DNA of 59,243 bases, filler included. It is 3 parts of 3 records of this genome, joined end to end, with 100 filler letters (N's around TTAATTAATTAA, not from the genome) between each part and the next. Parts side by side here need not be neighbours in the genome. Positions count along the whole stretch, not along the records: positions 23,563 to 48,691 come from DRR723986_10191; 2 more parts are not named here. One strand, given 5' to 3'. The translations under genes were made by a program, and so were the position numbers. A model generated the notes under the pieces. It saw only the letters and a program-made list of their open reading frames with translations. It did not search any database and was not told where the DNA came from. This document shows positions 30,753-40,540 of this stretch, in pieces; position 1 is the first letter of the stretch; each line of letters starts with the position of its first letter.

Positions 30753-32306
30753 ATGAAAACTTACGCGGCAATTTCTCCCGAAACAGTGTCTCCAGAACAT
30801 TTGGCTCGACTTATGAGCGTTGAAGGAGGCATCCGCACCCCACTCGGCGTTGCGCCGACGATCATGGAATCCAGCCTGGTTCCCAGGCAGATTGCGCCAA
30901 AACCGCACGTTGATTGCTCGGCAAAAGTATTGCGTACCTTAGATGAGGTTTTTGAATGTTTCTCGATTTCGGATGGGCAGACACTGTCGTTCCACCACCA
31001 CTACCGAAACGGAGATCGTTTGATCAATGAAGTGTTAATGACGGCATGGCGGCTCGGTATTTGCGATTTGACGATCGCCCCCAGTTCCATATTCCCTGTT
31101 CATGCAGACTTGGTGCCCCTCATCCAGGACGGCACGATAACGAACATCATCACCGACTACATGCGAGGCCCCGTCGCGGATTCCGTGGCGGCAGGCGAAC
31201 TCAAAGGCTCCAGCCTACTTCAGAGCCACGGCGGGCGCGCGCGCGCGATTGCAAGCGGTCAGCTCAATATCGACGTCGCCTTTGTCGCAGCGCCCCTGGC
31301 CTCCCGTAACGGCGACACCACTGGGCGCGGTGGTCGTGTGGCATGCGGACCGCTCGGCTATCCGGCAGTGGACGCTGCCTACGCCGCACATACGATCGTC
31401 GTCACGGATGAGTTGACGACAGGCGCATTGGGCAAAATCGATATTCCCGGCCACTACGTCGACGCCGTCGTGCAGATGGACAAACCTGGCCTGACGGACG
31501 GAATTCAGTCCGGGGCAACCGTACCTTCGTTGACCGATAGTGCCCGCCAAATCGGCGCGATGGTTGCCGCTTGTATCGAGGCCGCAGGTTTGTTGCGGTC
31601 TGGCGTGTCGCTGCAAAGCGGGGCTGGCGGCTATTCCTTGGGCGCGGTGGCTTCGATTGGCGCGCGAATGCAGAAATTGGGGGTGCAGGGCAGTTTCCTG
31701 TCGGGGGGGATCACCGCGTCTCATGTCAAGATGCTGGAAGCCGGGCTCTTTGCCGAAATCAAGGATGTTCAATGCTTTGACCTCGAAGCGGTTCGTTCCT
31801 CGATCGCGAACGAGACCCATCACATGATGACAGCCGCCGAATACGCCAGCCCCATTCAAGACGGGGCTGTCGTCAATGAACTCGACGTTATGCTCCTTGG
31901 TGCCGTTGAGATGGACGCGCGTTTCAATGTGAATGTCGTTCTGGGCGGCGATGGCAGAGTCCTGGGTGGGCCAGGCGGACACCCTGATACGGCAGCTGGC
32001 GCCAAGTTGCGCATCGTCACCACCGAGCTTACGGGCGGCGGCTACGCCAAGCTCGTTCCCGAGGTGCAGAGCGTCTCAACCCCGGGGTGGGACGTCGATC
32101 TGATCGTGACCGACCAAGGGATTGCAGTTCATCCTAGCCGCTCGGACTTGCAGGAACGACTCGTAGCCGCCGGTCTTCCGGTCCGCCCCTTTGCCGAGCT
32201 TTGTGACATGGCGGCTGCACAAGCGACCAAGCAGCCTCAGAGGGCGGATAGAGCCCCTACCGTCTGGATCGAATCTCGGGACGGACGTATTCTCGATTAT
32301 ATCTAG
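30753..32306 (+). CDS. citF: Citrate lyase alpha subunit-like CoA/ACP transferase
   Basis: SFHHHYRNGD, SHGGRARAI, CGPLGY, QSGAGG, DVQCFD, FNVNV..G.DG, GGHPDTAAGAK, TPGWDVD, RDG near the C-terminus. Confidence 0.88.
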   Translation: MKTYAAISPETVSPEHLARLMSVEGGIRTPLGVAPTIMESSLVPRQIAPKPHVDCSAKVLRTLDEVFECFSISDGQTLSFHHHYRNGDRLINEVLMTAWRLGICDLTIAPSSIFPVHADLVPLIQDGTITNIITDYMRGPVADSVAAGELKGSSLLQSHGGRARAIASGQLNIDVAFVAAPLASRNGDTTGRGGRVACGPLGYPAVDAAYAAHTIVVTDELTTGALGKIDIPGHYVDAVVQMDKPGLTDGIQSGATVPSLTDSARQIGAMVAACIEAAGLLRSGVSLQSGAGGYSLGAVASIGARMQKLGVQGSFLSGGITASHVKMLEAGLFAEIKDVQCFDLEAVRSSIANETHHMMTAAEYASPIQDGAVVNELDVMLLGAVEMDARFNVNVVLGGDGRVLGGPGGHPDTAAGAKLRIVTTELTGGGYAKLVPEVQSVSTPGWDVDLIVTDQGIAVHPSRSDLQERLVAAGLPVRPFAELCDMAAAQATKQPQRADRAPTVWIESRDGRILDYI

Positions 32307-32318
32307 TTGGAGTTTGAC

Positions 32319-33143
32319 ATGCAGAGCATACTTTTTGTCCCCGCGGATCGCGAAAAGCTATTCGCCAAAGCCGCCACCGGAGCCGCATCTGTCGTGTGTC
32401 TTGATCTCGAAGACGGGGTCGCGGCCTCGGCCAAAGATCAGGCGCGCGCACAGTTGGCTGCCGCTGTCGCGACGCTCAAGGCCGCGGGCAAGAAGATCGC
32501 CCTTCGCCTCAATGCCGACCTCGACCAGATCAGTTTTGATCTCTCTGCGATCACCGCGGATGTAGACTATGTTGTCGTCCCGAAAGCTGGGTCGAACCAA
32601 ATCCTGTCAGAAGTCGCGAACGCGGTATTCAAGAAGACCGGCAAGGCAATCAAGATCATCGCCATGATTGAAAACGCGACTGGTCTGCATGATCTTGAAA
32701 AGGAGGGGCGCTTACCGGCGTCGGTCTCGTCGCTCGCGATTGGCACCGAGGATTTCGCCGCTGATCTTGGAGTTACCCCGGCCTCACCCGTGATCGCCGA
32801 GGCCTTCAACCGGATGGCGCTGCTTGCAGCACGGTGCGGGGTTGCGCTGCTTGGCTATCCTGGCTCCATTGCGGAAATCAAGGATATCGACGCATTTGCC
32901 GAGACCGCGCGTCGCGGGAAGACCGTTGGCGCAATCGGCGGCTTTGCGATTCATCCGGCTCAGGTTGCTGTGCTCAACGATATTTTCTCGCTCTCGCCCG
33001 AAGAAGAGGCCGCGGCCACGCGCATCGTCGACGCCTTCGAAGCTGCGCTTGAAAACGGTCAAGGCGCCATCAGTCTGGACGGTCGGATGATCGACATGCC
33101 GGTCTATCTGGCCGCCAAGAGATCCCTCGCGCGGCAATCCTGA
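32319..33143 (+). CDS. CitE/HpcH-family CoA-ester lyase (citryl-/citramalyl-CoA lyase-like)
   Basis: SILFVPAD, LDLEDGV, LRLN, VPK, MIE, GTEDF, AIHPAQV, GRMIDMP; GGAG RBS. Confidence 0.88.
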   Translation: MQSILFVPADREKLFAKAATGAASVVCLDLEDGVAASAKDQARAQLAAAVATLKAAGKKIALRLNADLDQISFDLSAITADVDYVVVPKAGSNQILSEVANAVFKKTGKAIKIIAMIENATGLHDLEKEGRLPASVSSLAIGTEDFAADLGVTPASPVIAEAFNRMALLAARCGVALLGYPGSIAEIKDIDAFAETARRGKTVGAIGGFAIHPAQVAVLNDIFSLSPEEEAAATRIVDAFEAALENGQGAISLDGRMIDMPVYLAAKRSLARQS

Positions 33144-33199
33144 GCGCCATCCAATCGGGACCGGATACCCATTGGCAGGCTATTCCACAAGATCCGCGT

Positions 33200-34735
33200 T
33201 CACGCCTTGAACCCGTGCTCTTTTCTGAGCTCTCTACGCAAGATCTTCCCATTCGGGTTTTTCGGCAGGTCTGGCAGCACCTTGAAGATCTTGGGAATCT
33301 TGTAGGCGGCAAGGTGCTGTGCGCAGTGGTCTCGCAACTCGTCCTCACTGATGTCCTGTGACTCGGCGGTCATGAACGCCGCGATCACGGACAGGTCGGC
33401 CCGTACAGGCAGTTCGACGGCCGCAGCACCGGTGACGTGGGGATGGCGCATCAATGCCGCTTCGACTTCCTGAGGCGCGACGCGGTAACCGAGCGCGTTC
33501 ATCTGGTCGTCGCTGCGCCCCTCATATGAAATGTATCCGTCGGCATCCATCATCCCCAGATCGCCGGTTATGAACCAGGGGCCGCGCATTGCGGTTTCGG
33601 TCTCGTCCGGCAGGTTCCAGTAGCCAAGCATCAGACCGGGGTCATTTCGGTCAATTGCGATAATGCCCGTTTCCCCGATCGGCACTGGCCGTTCGTCCCC
33701 TTCGATCGGCAACACAGCGATCTTGCGCCCATGTTGTGGCCGCCCGGCCCGGTTTTCGCGGCGCTCGACTGTGGGAGAAGAAGATAGGAATGTCGAACAT
33801 TCTGTCATGCCCAAAGCATCGTAAATGGGTTTTCCAGTTTCCTTTTGCCATTGTTTACGCACGGTTTCGGGCATGGCCTCGCCCGCCGACAAACCGTGCC
33901 GTAGGGTTTTCATGCCATCCATCGGATAACCCGATTTAAGCAGTTGACGGTACACGCCTGGCGTGGCCGCAAAGAGTGTCGCTCCATATGTTTCAACCAA
34001 ATCGGGCCAACCCCCCGGATCGCGCGGACCGGCGTAAATCAACGAAGATGCGCCTGCCGCCCAAGGGTCCATCAGACCGGCCCCAAGAGTATAGGTCCAG
34101 TTGAAGGCCCCGGCGTGAAGCATCACATCCGACGAGCGCAGACCATACCACCCCTCCCACATCATGCGGCGGGCAAAGGCCGCCCGATGCGCATGGGCCA
34201 CTCCCTTTGGACGCCCAGAAGAGCCGGAGGTGTAGACGATATAGGCGAGATCATTGGCGTGTGTCTTGGCGAAATCTTCGATTGGAGGGGCACTTAGCTC
34301 TGCAGGATTGGCGACCGAAGCTCCCAAACCCGGAAGCTCAAATCCGGGCGAGCAAACTACCAGCTTGGCCCCTGTATCCTGTACAATGAACGCGACCTCT
34401 TCGACGCTTAGAGTAGTCGAGGTCGGCACAGGCACGGCACCCATTGCACATGCCGCAAGAAAGTTGATTGGGAAATCGGTTGAATGCCCAATACGAAGAA
34501 TGACGCGATCGCCTGGTGAAATACCTTTTTCCGCAAGGCCGCCCGCCGTCTCCAAGACCTCGGATCGGATACGTCCGTAAGACAGGCGTTGAACTGGTTG
34601 ACCTTGGCCTGAAGCAACGGTCAGCGCAATCTTTTCGGGTGTCACTGTGCTGAACGCGAGCGTATGGGCCGCGAGGTTGAAAGTCTCAGGAGCCGAAGGC
34701 GCAGGTCCAAGGTCACATAAAGACAGACATTTCAT
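33200..34735 (-). CDS. AMP-dependent acyl-CoA synthetase (benzoate-CoA ligase-like)
   Basis: YTSGSSGRPKG, SAGE, GMTE, TGDLG, GRSDD, LPKNPNGKILR. Confidence 0.9.
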   Translation of the reverse strand: MKCLSLCDLGPAPSAPETFNLAAHTLAFSTVTPEKIALTVASGQGQPVQRLSYGRIRSEVLETAGGLAEKGISPGDRVILRIGHSTDFPINFLAACAMGAVPVPTSTTLSVEEVAFIVQDTGAKLVVCSPGFELPGLGASVANPAELSAPPIEDFAKTHANDLAYIVYTSGSSGRPKGVAHAHRAAFARRMMWEGWYGLRSSDVMLHAGAFNWTYTLGAGLMDPWAAGASSLIYAGPRDPGGWPDLVETYGATLFAATPGVYRQLLKSGYPMDGMKTLRHGLSAGEAMPETVRKQWQKETGKPIYDALGMTECSTFLSSSPTVERRENRAGRPQHGRKIAVLPIEGDERPVPIGETGIIAIDRNDPGLMLGYWNLPDETETAMRGPWFITGDLGMMDADGYISYEGRSDDQMNALGYRVAPQEVEAALMRHPHVTGAAAVELPVRADLSVIAAFMTAESQDISEDELRDHCAQHLAAYKIPKIFKVLPDLPKNPNGKILRRELRKEHGFKA

Positions 34736-34801
34736 CACTCGGCCCAGCTCCGTCGGATGGTCATTGGATTGCTGCACCAATGGCTTGGCTGTCGTCTTGC
34801 T

Positions 34802-35227
34802 TCAGGAACCGGACTGGCCGACTTGCGCGAGATATGCCGCGATGTCAGCTCCACCAGTAGGAAAAGCAAACGGCATCTTGCTGATGTGACCTTCACCCAA
34901 GGTTTCCTCGAGGAAACCGTTGGGGTTCGCCATGAAGAGGGCAAGATTTTGTTCGTCCCAGACCATACCGGACGCGTTGAGCGCACTCAGCCCTTCACTG
35001 AACCGGTAGCCTTCAAGCCCACCAGCCGGGCGACCGATCACACCATAAAGGTTCGGGCCAGCGCGCCCACCCCGACGAATGCGTTTACCACTTTCGGATT
35101 TCAGTTCATGGCAGGCAAGGCAGTTGCGAAACAAGTCTTCGCCTTTGACAGGGTCGCCTTCGGCCACTGCTCCACCTGCGCCAAGGCAAAAGGTGAGGAC
35201 CGATATGATATGGATGGAGTTCTTCAT
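34802..35227 (-). CDS. Class I c-type cytochrome (cytochrome c2-like)
   Basis: Signal peptide, GDPVKGEDLF, haem motif CLACH, GPNLYGVIGR, distal Met in SKMPF. Confidence 0.9.
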   Translation of the reverse strand: MKNSIHIISVLTFCLGAGGAVAEGDPVKGEDLFRNCLACHELKSESGKRIRRGGRAGPNLYGVIGRPAGGLEGYRFSEGLSALNASGMVWDEQNLALFMANPNGFLEETLGEGHISKMPFAFPTGGADIAAYLAQVGQSGS

Positions 35228-35240
35228 AGATAATTTCCCA

Positions 35241-35280
35241 AGAGAAGTGACTGCCGCAACCCAAAAGGCTGCGGCAGTCA
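35241..35280 (-). terminator. Stem-loop between the GMC and cytochrome c genes (terminator or stabiliser)
   Basis: TGACTGCCGCA...TGCGGCAGTCA 11-bp inverted repeat followed by CTTCTCT on the minus strand. Confidence 0.6.
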
Positions 35281-35292
35281 AAGTTCAGACGA

Positions 35293-37008
35293 TCAGGCGT
35301 TCTTGGCGATCATGTCGCCAGCTTTCCAGCCGATCATCATGGACGGGGAGTTGGTGTTCGACGTGGTGATCGACGGCATGATCGACGCGTCCGCGACACG
35401 CAGACCTTCGACACCATGCACGCGCAGTTCCGGATCGACGACCGCCTCTTCACCCACGCCCATGCGGCAGGTCGAGGTCGGGTGGAAGAAGGTGTTGACC
35501 GATTTGGCCAGATAGTCGCGCATCTCCGCGTCGGTCATCTTGCCGGACTCGGGCACCAACGCCTCGCGCTTGCGCACATCCGCGTAGAACTCCGAGTTGC
35601 CGATTTCGCGGGCCAGTTCGGTCGACCACTTGTAGGCTTTCCAGTCCTGCTCTTCCTTGAGGTAGTTGGCCTCGACCACCGGCGCGTCGAACGGATCGGC
35701 CGACTGCAGTTTGACGTAGCCACGCGAATGCGGACGGTTGACCCCGGACAGGACGCAGTAGCCGTTCTGGTAGTCGAGCTTGTGACCGGTCGAAGCGAAT
35801 GGCACCGACACATAGAGCACGGTTGTGTCGGGCGCCGGAAGGCGGCTGTCAGACCGTTCCCACATGTAGACTTCGGAGTGGTTGTAGTGCGAAACCGGGA
35901 TCGCTTCCTTGGTTTCCCAGTTCGGGCCGCCACCAAGGATGTGATCCTGCAGACCCATGCCCACAGGCAGGTCAACAACCGTGTCGATGCCGACCGCCTT
36001 GAGATCACTCGCCATACCAATGCCAGACAGCATCAGCAGGCGCGGCGAGTCGATCGCACCAGCGCAGAGCACGACTTCGCGCGATGCGTTTACGGTCACT
36101 GGCTCGTCATTGTGCAGGTATGTCACGCCCGTGCATTTGGTGCCGTTAATGTTGAGCTTGGTTACCGGGGCGTCGGTCAGGATAGTAACATTGTCCTGGT
36201 CGCGGACCGGGTAGATGAAGGCCACGGCAGAGGACTGGCGACGCTGGTCCTTGATGTTGAAGTCAACCCAAGCCTGACCGGACATGCGGTCCGAATTGAT
36301 GCTCGGCGTTTCCTTGTATCCAAGGGCGGCGCAGCTATCCATGAAGGCCTGAGCGCCGGGGTGCTTGAATTCGTCCTGCGGCTGGCTGATGAACAGCGGG
36401 CCGCTGTCGCCACGGCTTTCGCCGCCCGGCTCGAACGTTTCCATCGCCATGAAGTGAGGCAGCACTTCATCATAGGACCAGCCATAGCAGCCGTCATAGG
36501 CCCAGCTGTCGAAGTCCGAGCGGTGACCGCGGGCAAAGATCATCGCGTTCAAGCAGGACGTGCCGCCGAGCACGTTGCCGCGCGGCCATAGGTGGGTACG
36601 GCCATCGGTGTAGTTTTGCGGCGTTGTTTCGAACCATTTGGTCGCGTCGGTCCCGAGCGCAGCACCCCAAAGGCGGCTATCGTGGACTTCTTCAAGGTCA
36701 TCGTTGCGGCCGGCTTCGAGAACGAGGATACGGGCACCGGTCTTTGCGAGTTGGTGAATGACGGCACCGCCAGCGGAGCCTGTACCGACCACGATGTAGT
36801 CGTATTCGCCATCAGGTTTCGATGCAGTCATCGACGATTGCGCCAGCGCTTCGCCCGTCCAGGAGGTCGCAAGGGCTCCGGCCATGCCAGCCGAAATCCC
36901 CAAAGACATCGCGCGGCGAATAAAGGAGCGCCGGCTCATATGACCACGATTGTATTCCACGACCGCCTTTTCAAGCTCGCCGTCCCTCGCTTTTCCGAAG
37001 TATCCCAT
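35293..37008 (-). CDS. Tat-exported GMC family FAD oxidoreductase
   Basis: Twin-arginine SRRSFIRR + hydrophobic helix + ALA cleavage site; GTGSAG FAD motif, RGNVLGGTSCLN, GAIDSPRLLMLSGIG, catalytic FHP..TCRMG and SNTN. ATG 37008 behind GGAGG. Confidence 0.92.
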   Translation of the reverse strand: MGYFGKARDGELEKAVVEYNRGHMSRRSFIRRAMSLGISAGMAGALATSWTGEALAQSSMTASKPDGEYDYIVVGTGSAGGAVIHQLAKTGARILVLEAGRNDDLEEVHDSRLWGAALGTDATKWFETTPQNYTDGRTHLWPRGNVLGGTSCLNAMIFARGHRSDFDSWAYDGCYGWSYDEVLPHFMAMETFEPGGESRGDSGPLFISQPQDEFKHPGAQAFMDSCAALGYKETPSINSDRMSGQAWVDFNIKDQRRQSSAVAFIYPVRDQDNVTILTDAPVTKLNINGTKCTGVTYLHNDEPVTVNASREVVLCAGAIDSPRLLMLSGIGMASDLKAVGIDTVVDLPVGMGLQDHILGGGPNWETKEAIPVSHYNHSEVYMWERSDSRLPAPDTTVLYVSVPFASTGHKLDYQNGYCVLSGVNRPHSRGYVKLQSADPFDAPVVEANYLKEEQDWKAYKWSTELAREIGNSEFYADVRKREALVPESGKMTDAEMRDYLAKSVNTFFHPTSTCRMGVGEEAVVDPELRVHGVEGLRVADASIMPSITTSNTNSPSMMIGWKAGDMIAKNA

Positions 37009-37132
37009 GTAATTTCCTCCCATGGATGCGGGCGCGCCCGCGTTCTAGCCGGCTACGCCGGCGACAAGAGCCCCCGCCAAGCAAAGGGTTTGGCGACCAC
37101 TTGGTGGGGGTTCACTTTCGAAGGGGTGCTCG

Positions 37133-37882
37133 TCAGATGGTTCTTCCGCCATCTACCTCTAGGATCACACCCGTGATGAAATTCGCCTCATCCGACGCAA
37201 GATAAAGCGCAGCGTTTGCCATATCTTCGGGCTCGCAGAGCCGGCCCAAGGGAATGGTCGACAGGAATTTCGCGCGGTTCTCCGGCGTATCCGGCATTCC
37301 CATGAAGGTCTCCAGCAGAGCCGTGGCGCCCATGACCGGGGCCAGACCACAGACACGCACTTTGTCGGTGGCAAGCTCTACCGCTAGCGTCTTAGTCATC
37401 ATGTTCACAGCACCTTTGGAGCTGTTGTACCAGCTCAGACCGGGACGCGGACGGATGCCTGCGGTGGAGCCGACATTGATCATCACACCGCCACCGATCT
37501 CGCGCCAGTGCGGCACCATTGCGTGGGTCATGTGATAGATGCTGTCGACGTTAATGGCGTAGACACGGCGGAACGTCTCATAGTCGACGTCCATCAGTGG
37601 CTGGTTCTTGTGGCTCCAGCCCGCGTTGTTGATGACGATGTCAATCTGCCCAAAGGCATCTTTCACTGTTGCGACAGTGGCCTGAATGTCAGAGGCGGCG
37701 GACACGTCACATTTGACCGCGATCGCGTTTTCGCCCAGTTCCGCAGCGACCGCTTTTGCGCCCTCGTCGTTCAGATCGACAATCGCAACCTTGGCACCCT
37801 CCTTGACGAAGCGGCGCGCCATTTCCCGACCGAAACCGGAGGCGGCACCTGTGATGATAGATGTTTTTCCCTGAAGGCGCAT
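37133..37882 (-). CDS. Short-chain dehydrogenase/reductase
   Basis: TGAASGFG, NNAG, YNSSK catalytic motif, DGG at the C-terminus. Confidence 0.92.
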   Translation of the reverse strand: MRLQGKTSIITGAASGFGREMARRFVKEGAKVAIVDLNDEGAKAVAAELGENAIAVKCDVSAASDIQATVATVKDAFGQIDIVINNAGWSHKNQPLMDVDYETFRRVYAINVDSIYHMTHAMVPHWREIGGGVMINVGSTAGIRPRPGLSWYNSSKGAVNMMTKTLAVELATDKVRVCGLAPVMGATALLETFMGMPDTPENRAKFLSTIPLGRLCEPEDMANAALYLASDEANFITGVILEVDGGRTI

Positions 37883-37887
37883 ATTTT

Positions 37888-39351
37888 TTATCCGTGATTG
37901 AGAACGATGGTTTTGACCTGGCTGAACTCAAGAAGTGCAGCAAAGCCCTTTTCGCGGCCATGGCCGGACTTGCGGACGCCACCGAACGGCAGCTCGATCC
38001 CACCCCCGGCGCCATAGACATTCAGGAACACCTGACCGCATTTCAGCGCCTTTGCGAGACGCATCTGGCGACCGCCGTCACGACTCCAGACCGAAGCGAT
38101 CAACCCGTAATCCGTATCGTTTGCAATGCGGATCGCGTCCGCTTCGTCCTTGAAGGGAATGCAGGACAGCACCGGGCCGAAGACCTCTTCTTTCGCCAGA
38201 ACGTCGTCTTCAGCGACCGGGCCGAACAGCGCCGGTGCCACAAAGGCGCCTTCGCTAGCGGCATTCTCGGACACCTTGCCACGGGCGATCAACGGCGCCG
38301 AGTCAGTGCCGCCGTTTGAAATGAAACTCTCAACGCGCCCTTTTTGACGGTGCGAAATCAGGGGGCCCAGGTCGAGATCTTCTTCCCATCCGCCGGCGAC
38401 GAGATTTTCGAAGCGCTCCTTCAGACGCGCTGTCACCTCGTCAAAGATCTCAGCTTGGATCAGTGCACGTGAGCCGGCAGAGCATGTCTGGCCGCAGTTC
38501 TGGACGATGGCGTTCACAAGGACCGGTACGGCCGCGTCCAAATCGGCATCAGCAAAGACGATTTGGGGTGATTTACCGCCAAGTTCCAAAGTGCAGCCGA
38601 TATGGTTTTCGGCTGCGGCCTTCTGGATTAGGACACCGACCTCGGGCGAACCTGTGAACGAAAGAAAGTCGACCCCCTTATGGGCCGTCAGCGCAGCGCC
38701 AGCCACGTGGCCATAGCCGGTGACAACGTTGATCGCACCGGCCGGGAAGCCAACTTCGAGCGCCAGCTGCGCTATCCGGATCGGGGTCAGGCAGGCTTCT
38801 TCGGCAGGCTTCAGGACAACTGCGTTGCCCATGGCCAACGCCGGTGCACAGGATCGCCCAATCATCTGCGCCGGGTAGTTCCATGGGATGATATGCCCGG
38901 TGACGCCATACGGTTCATAGATCGTCTGAACCTGAAAGCTGGCCAGGAACGGGATTGTGTCTCCGTGAACCTTGTCGGCAGCGCCACCATAATACTCGAA
39001 ATAGCGCGCTGCAGCGACGATGTCTGCCTTGGCAGTTTTCAAAGGCTTGCCGGTATCTTGAGCCTCGAGCTCCGCCAGTTCTGCAGCATTCTTGGTGATG
39101 GCTTCGCCAAGCTTGTGCAAGAGTCTGCCACGTTCGGTGGCTGTCAGTTTGGACCAGGCGCCACCGTCGAAGGCTTTCCGGGCGGCCTGAACGGCCGCGT
39201 CTACTTGATCTTCGCCGCAAGCGGCGATCCGCGCAATAAGCTGTCCGTTGGAGGGGCTAACAACCTCGATTTCCGGCAATGCTTTGTAGTCGATACTTTT
39301 CCCATCGATCACACAAGGGAAAAACGGTGCAGCACCAGGGCCAGAGTTCAT
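37888..39351 (-). CDS. NAD(P)-dependent aldehyde dehydrogenase
   Basis: PWNYP, FTGS, LELGGKSP, GQTCSAG (catalytic Cys), EEVFGPV, PFGG. Confidence 0.93.
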   Translation of the reverse strand: MNSGPGAAPFFPCVIDGKSIDYKALPEIEVVSPSNGQLIARIAACGEDQVDAAVQAARKAFDGGAWSKLTATERGRLLHKLGEAITKNAAELAELEAQDTGKPLKTAKADIVAAARYFEYYGGAADKVHGDTIPFLASFQVQTIYEPYGVTGHIIPWNYPAQMIGRSCAPALAMGNAVVLKPAEEACLTPIRIAQLALEVGFPAGAINVVTGYGHVAGAALTAHKGVDFLSFTGSPEVGVLIQKAAAENHIGCTLELGGKSPQIVFADADLDAAVPVLVNAIVQNCGQTCSAGSRALIQAEIFDEVTARLKERFENLVAGGWEEDLDLGPLISHRQKGRVESFISNGGTDSAPLIARGKVSENAASEGAFVAPALFGPVAEDDVLAKEEVFGPVLSCIPFKDEADAIRIANDTDYGLIASVWSRDGGRQMRLAKALKCGQVFLNVYGAGGGIELPFGGVRKSGHGREKGFAALLEFSQVKTIVLNHG

Positions 39352-39398
39352 AGGTCATTCTCCGTTTGGTTGCGGAATAACAGCAAGAGTTTGACGTG

Positions 39399-39427
39399 AT
39401 GCTAGAAACTGTCTCAGCCCCAAGCAA
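39399..39427 (-). promoter_or_regulatory. Putative sigma70 promoter of the ALDH-SDR-GMC-cyt c-ligase operon
   Basis: Minus strand TTGCTT-N17-TAGCAT. Confidence 0.55.
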
Positions 39428-39449
39428 TTTCGAGAGTTGGAGGGCAGTT

Positions 39450-39464
39450 ATAGTTTTCATCTAT
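39450..39464. promoter_or_regulatory. LysR-type binding box ATAG-N7-CTAT
   Basis: ATAGttttcatCTAT, centred near -65 of the promoter above. Confidence 0.65.
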
Positions 39465-39479
39465 GGCAACCCGTGGGCG

Positions 39480-40412
39480 TCAAGCGAGCCGACCTCGCCA
39501 TATGCCTCGGGTCACCAATTCCTGGACAACAGCCACCGTCGTGCGCTCGACCTCAAGGGCGGCCCGCGTTCTGACGTGTTTGGGGTTCCGGACCAAGTTA
39601 ACCGGTCGGCTGAACTTCGGATCGACAATGACAGAACTCGCCAGCTCGCCGCGCTCTTCAAAGTCTCCCGCAGCAGCTGGTGCTAGGATGGTGAACGCGC
39701 TTCCCCGCGACACTAAAGACTTAATCTGCGAGAGGGAGTCCATCTCGACGACGACGTTCAGATGCTCTCCGGCAGCACGGCATACGCGATCAATGAGCAT
39801 TCGAAGTCCATGTGACTTGGAGGGGAGCACGAGCTCAAGGTCCCGCAGTTCCTCCAAGCGAATCGGCTCTCCTGGTGGCGACTTGAAAGGCCAAAGATCC
39901 GGAGGGGCATAGAAATGCAAGTCTTCCTCAAGGAGCGTCGTGATCTCCGCGTTCTTCAAGCCAGTTGTTTCGTAAAGGATTGCGAGGTCGACAGATTCTT
40001 CATCAAGCCACTCCTTGATGAAACCGCTCATCGCATCTACGGCGCGCAAGCGCACTTCTGGTAGGTTCAGTCGGATCGTTTCGGCCAATGGCACTGACAA
40101 CACCATGGAAACCGAAGAGGGAAATCCGAAGACCACCTTTCCTGACGGCGTTTCGCCAGCTTGCCGCACGTCGCGCTTGGCACGGTCAACAGAATCCAGG
40201 ATTTCGTGCGCGCGTTCCACGAAAACCGAACCCGCGTCAGTCAGTGTAACACCTCGCGGTGAACGGATGAATAACTGTGTTCCAAGCCGACCCTCAAGGT
40301 TTTTCAATTGAACAGAGATCGATGGTTGCGCGATCCCCACGGCCTCAGCAGCTGCAGCCAGTGAACCGTGTTCGGCAATCGCCAAAAAATACTTGATCTG
40401 TTTAAGTTCCAT
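39480..40412 (-). CDS. LysR family transcriptional regulator (Nac/TcuR-like)
   Basis: MELKQIKYFLAIAEHGSLAAAA...AQPSIS..KNLE..LG..LFIRSPRGVTLT; substrate-binding domain follows. Confidence 0.95.
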   Translation of the reverse strand: MELKQIKYFLAIAEHGSLAAAAEAVGIAQPSISVQLKNLEGRLGTQLFIRSPRGVTLTDAGSVFVERAHEILDSVDRAKRDVRQAGETPSGKVVFGFPSSVSMVLSVPLAETIRLNLPEVRLRAVDAMSGFIKEWLDEESVDLAILYETTGLKNAEITTLLEEDLHFYAPPDLWPFKSPPGEPIRLEELRDLELVLPSKSHGLRMLIDRVCRAAGEHLNVVVEMDSLSQIKSLVSRGSAFTILAPAAAGDFEERGELASSVIVDPKFSRPVNLVRNPKHVRTRAALEVERTTVAVVQELVTRGIWRGRLA

Positions 40413-40441
40413 AGTTGCCGTCCTCCCTCGGCGCCATCATC

Positions 40442-40456
40442 ATAGAAACGATCTAT
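40442..40456. promoter_or_regulatory. LysR-type binding box ATAG-N7-CTAT
   Basis: ATAGaaacgatCTAT in the divergent lysR/CoA-transferase gap, the classic autoregulatory position. Confidence 0.65.
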
Positions 40457-40540
40457 ACCCAATCAAGTGCCGACATGCCTGTTACCGCGAACCTTTCTGT
40501 TGTGAGATGAAGGTTAGTTTCATTCACGAACGGAAAAGCC

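Noticed and set aside
35416-36591. 391-aa plus-strand ORF
   Set aside because: Antisense to the GMC gene; explained by strong GC3 bias removing reverse-strand stops.
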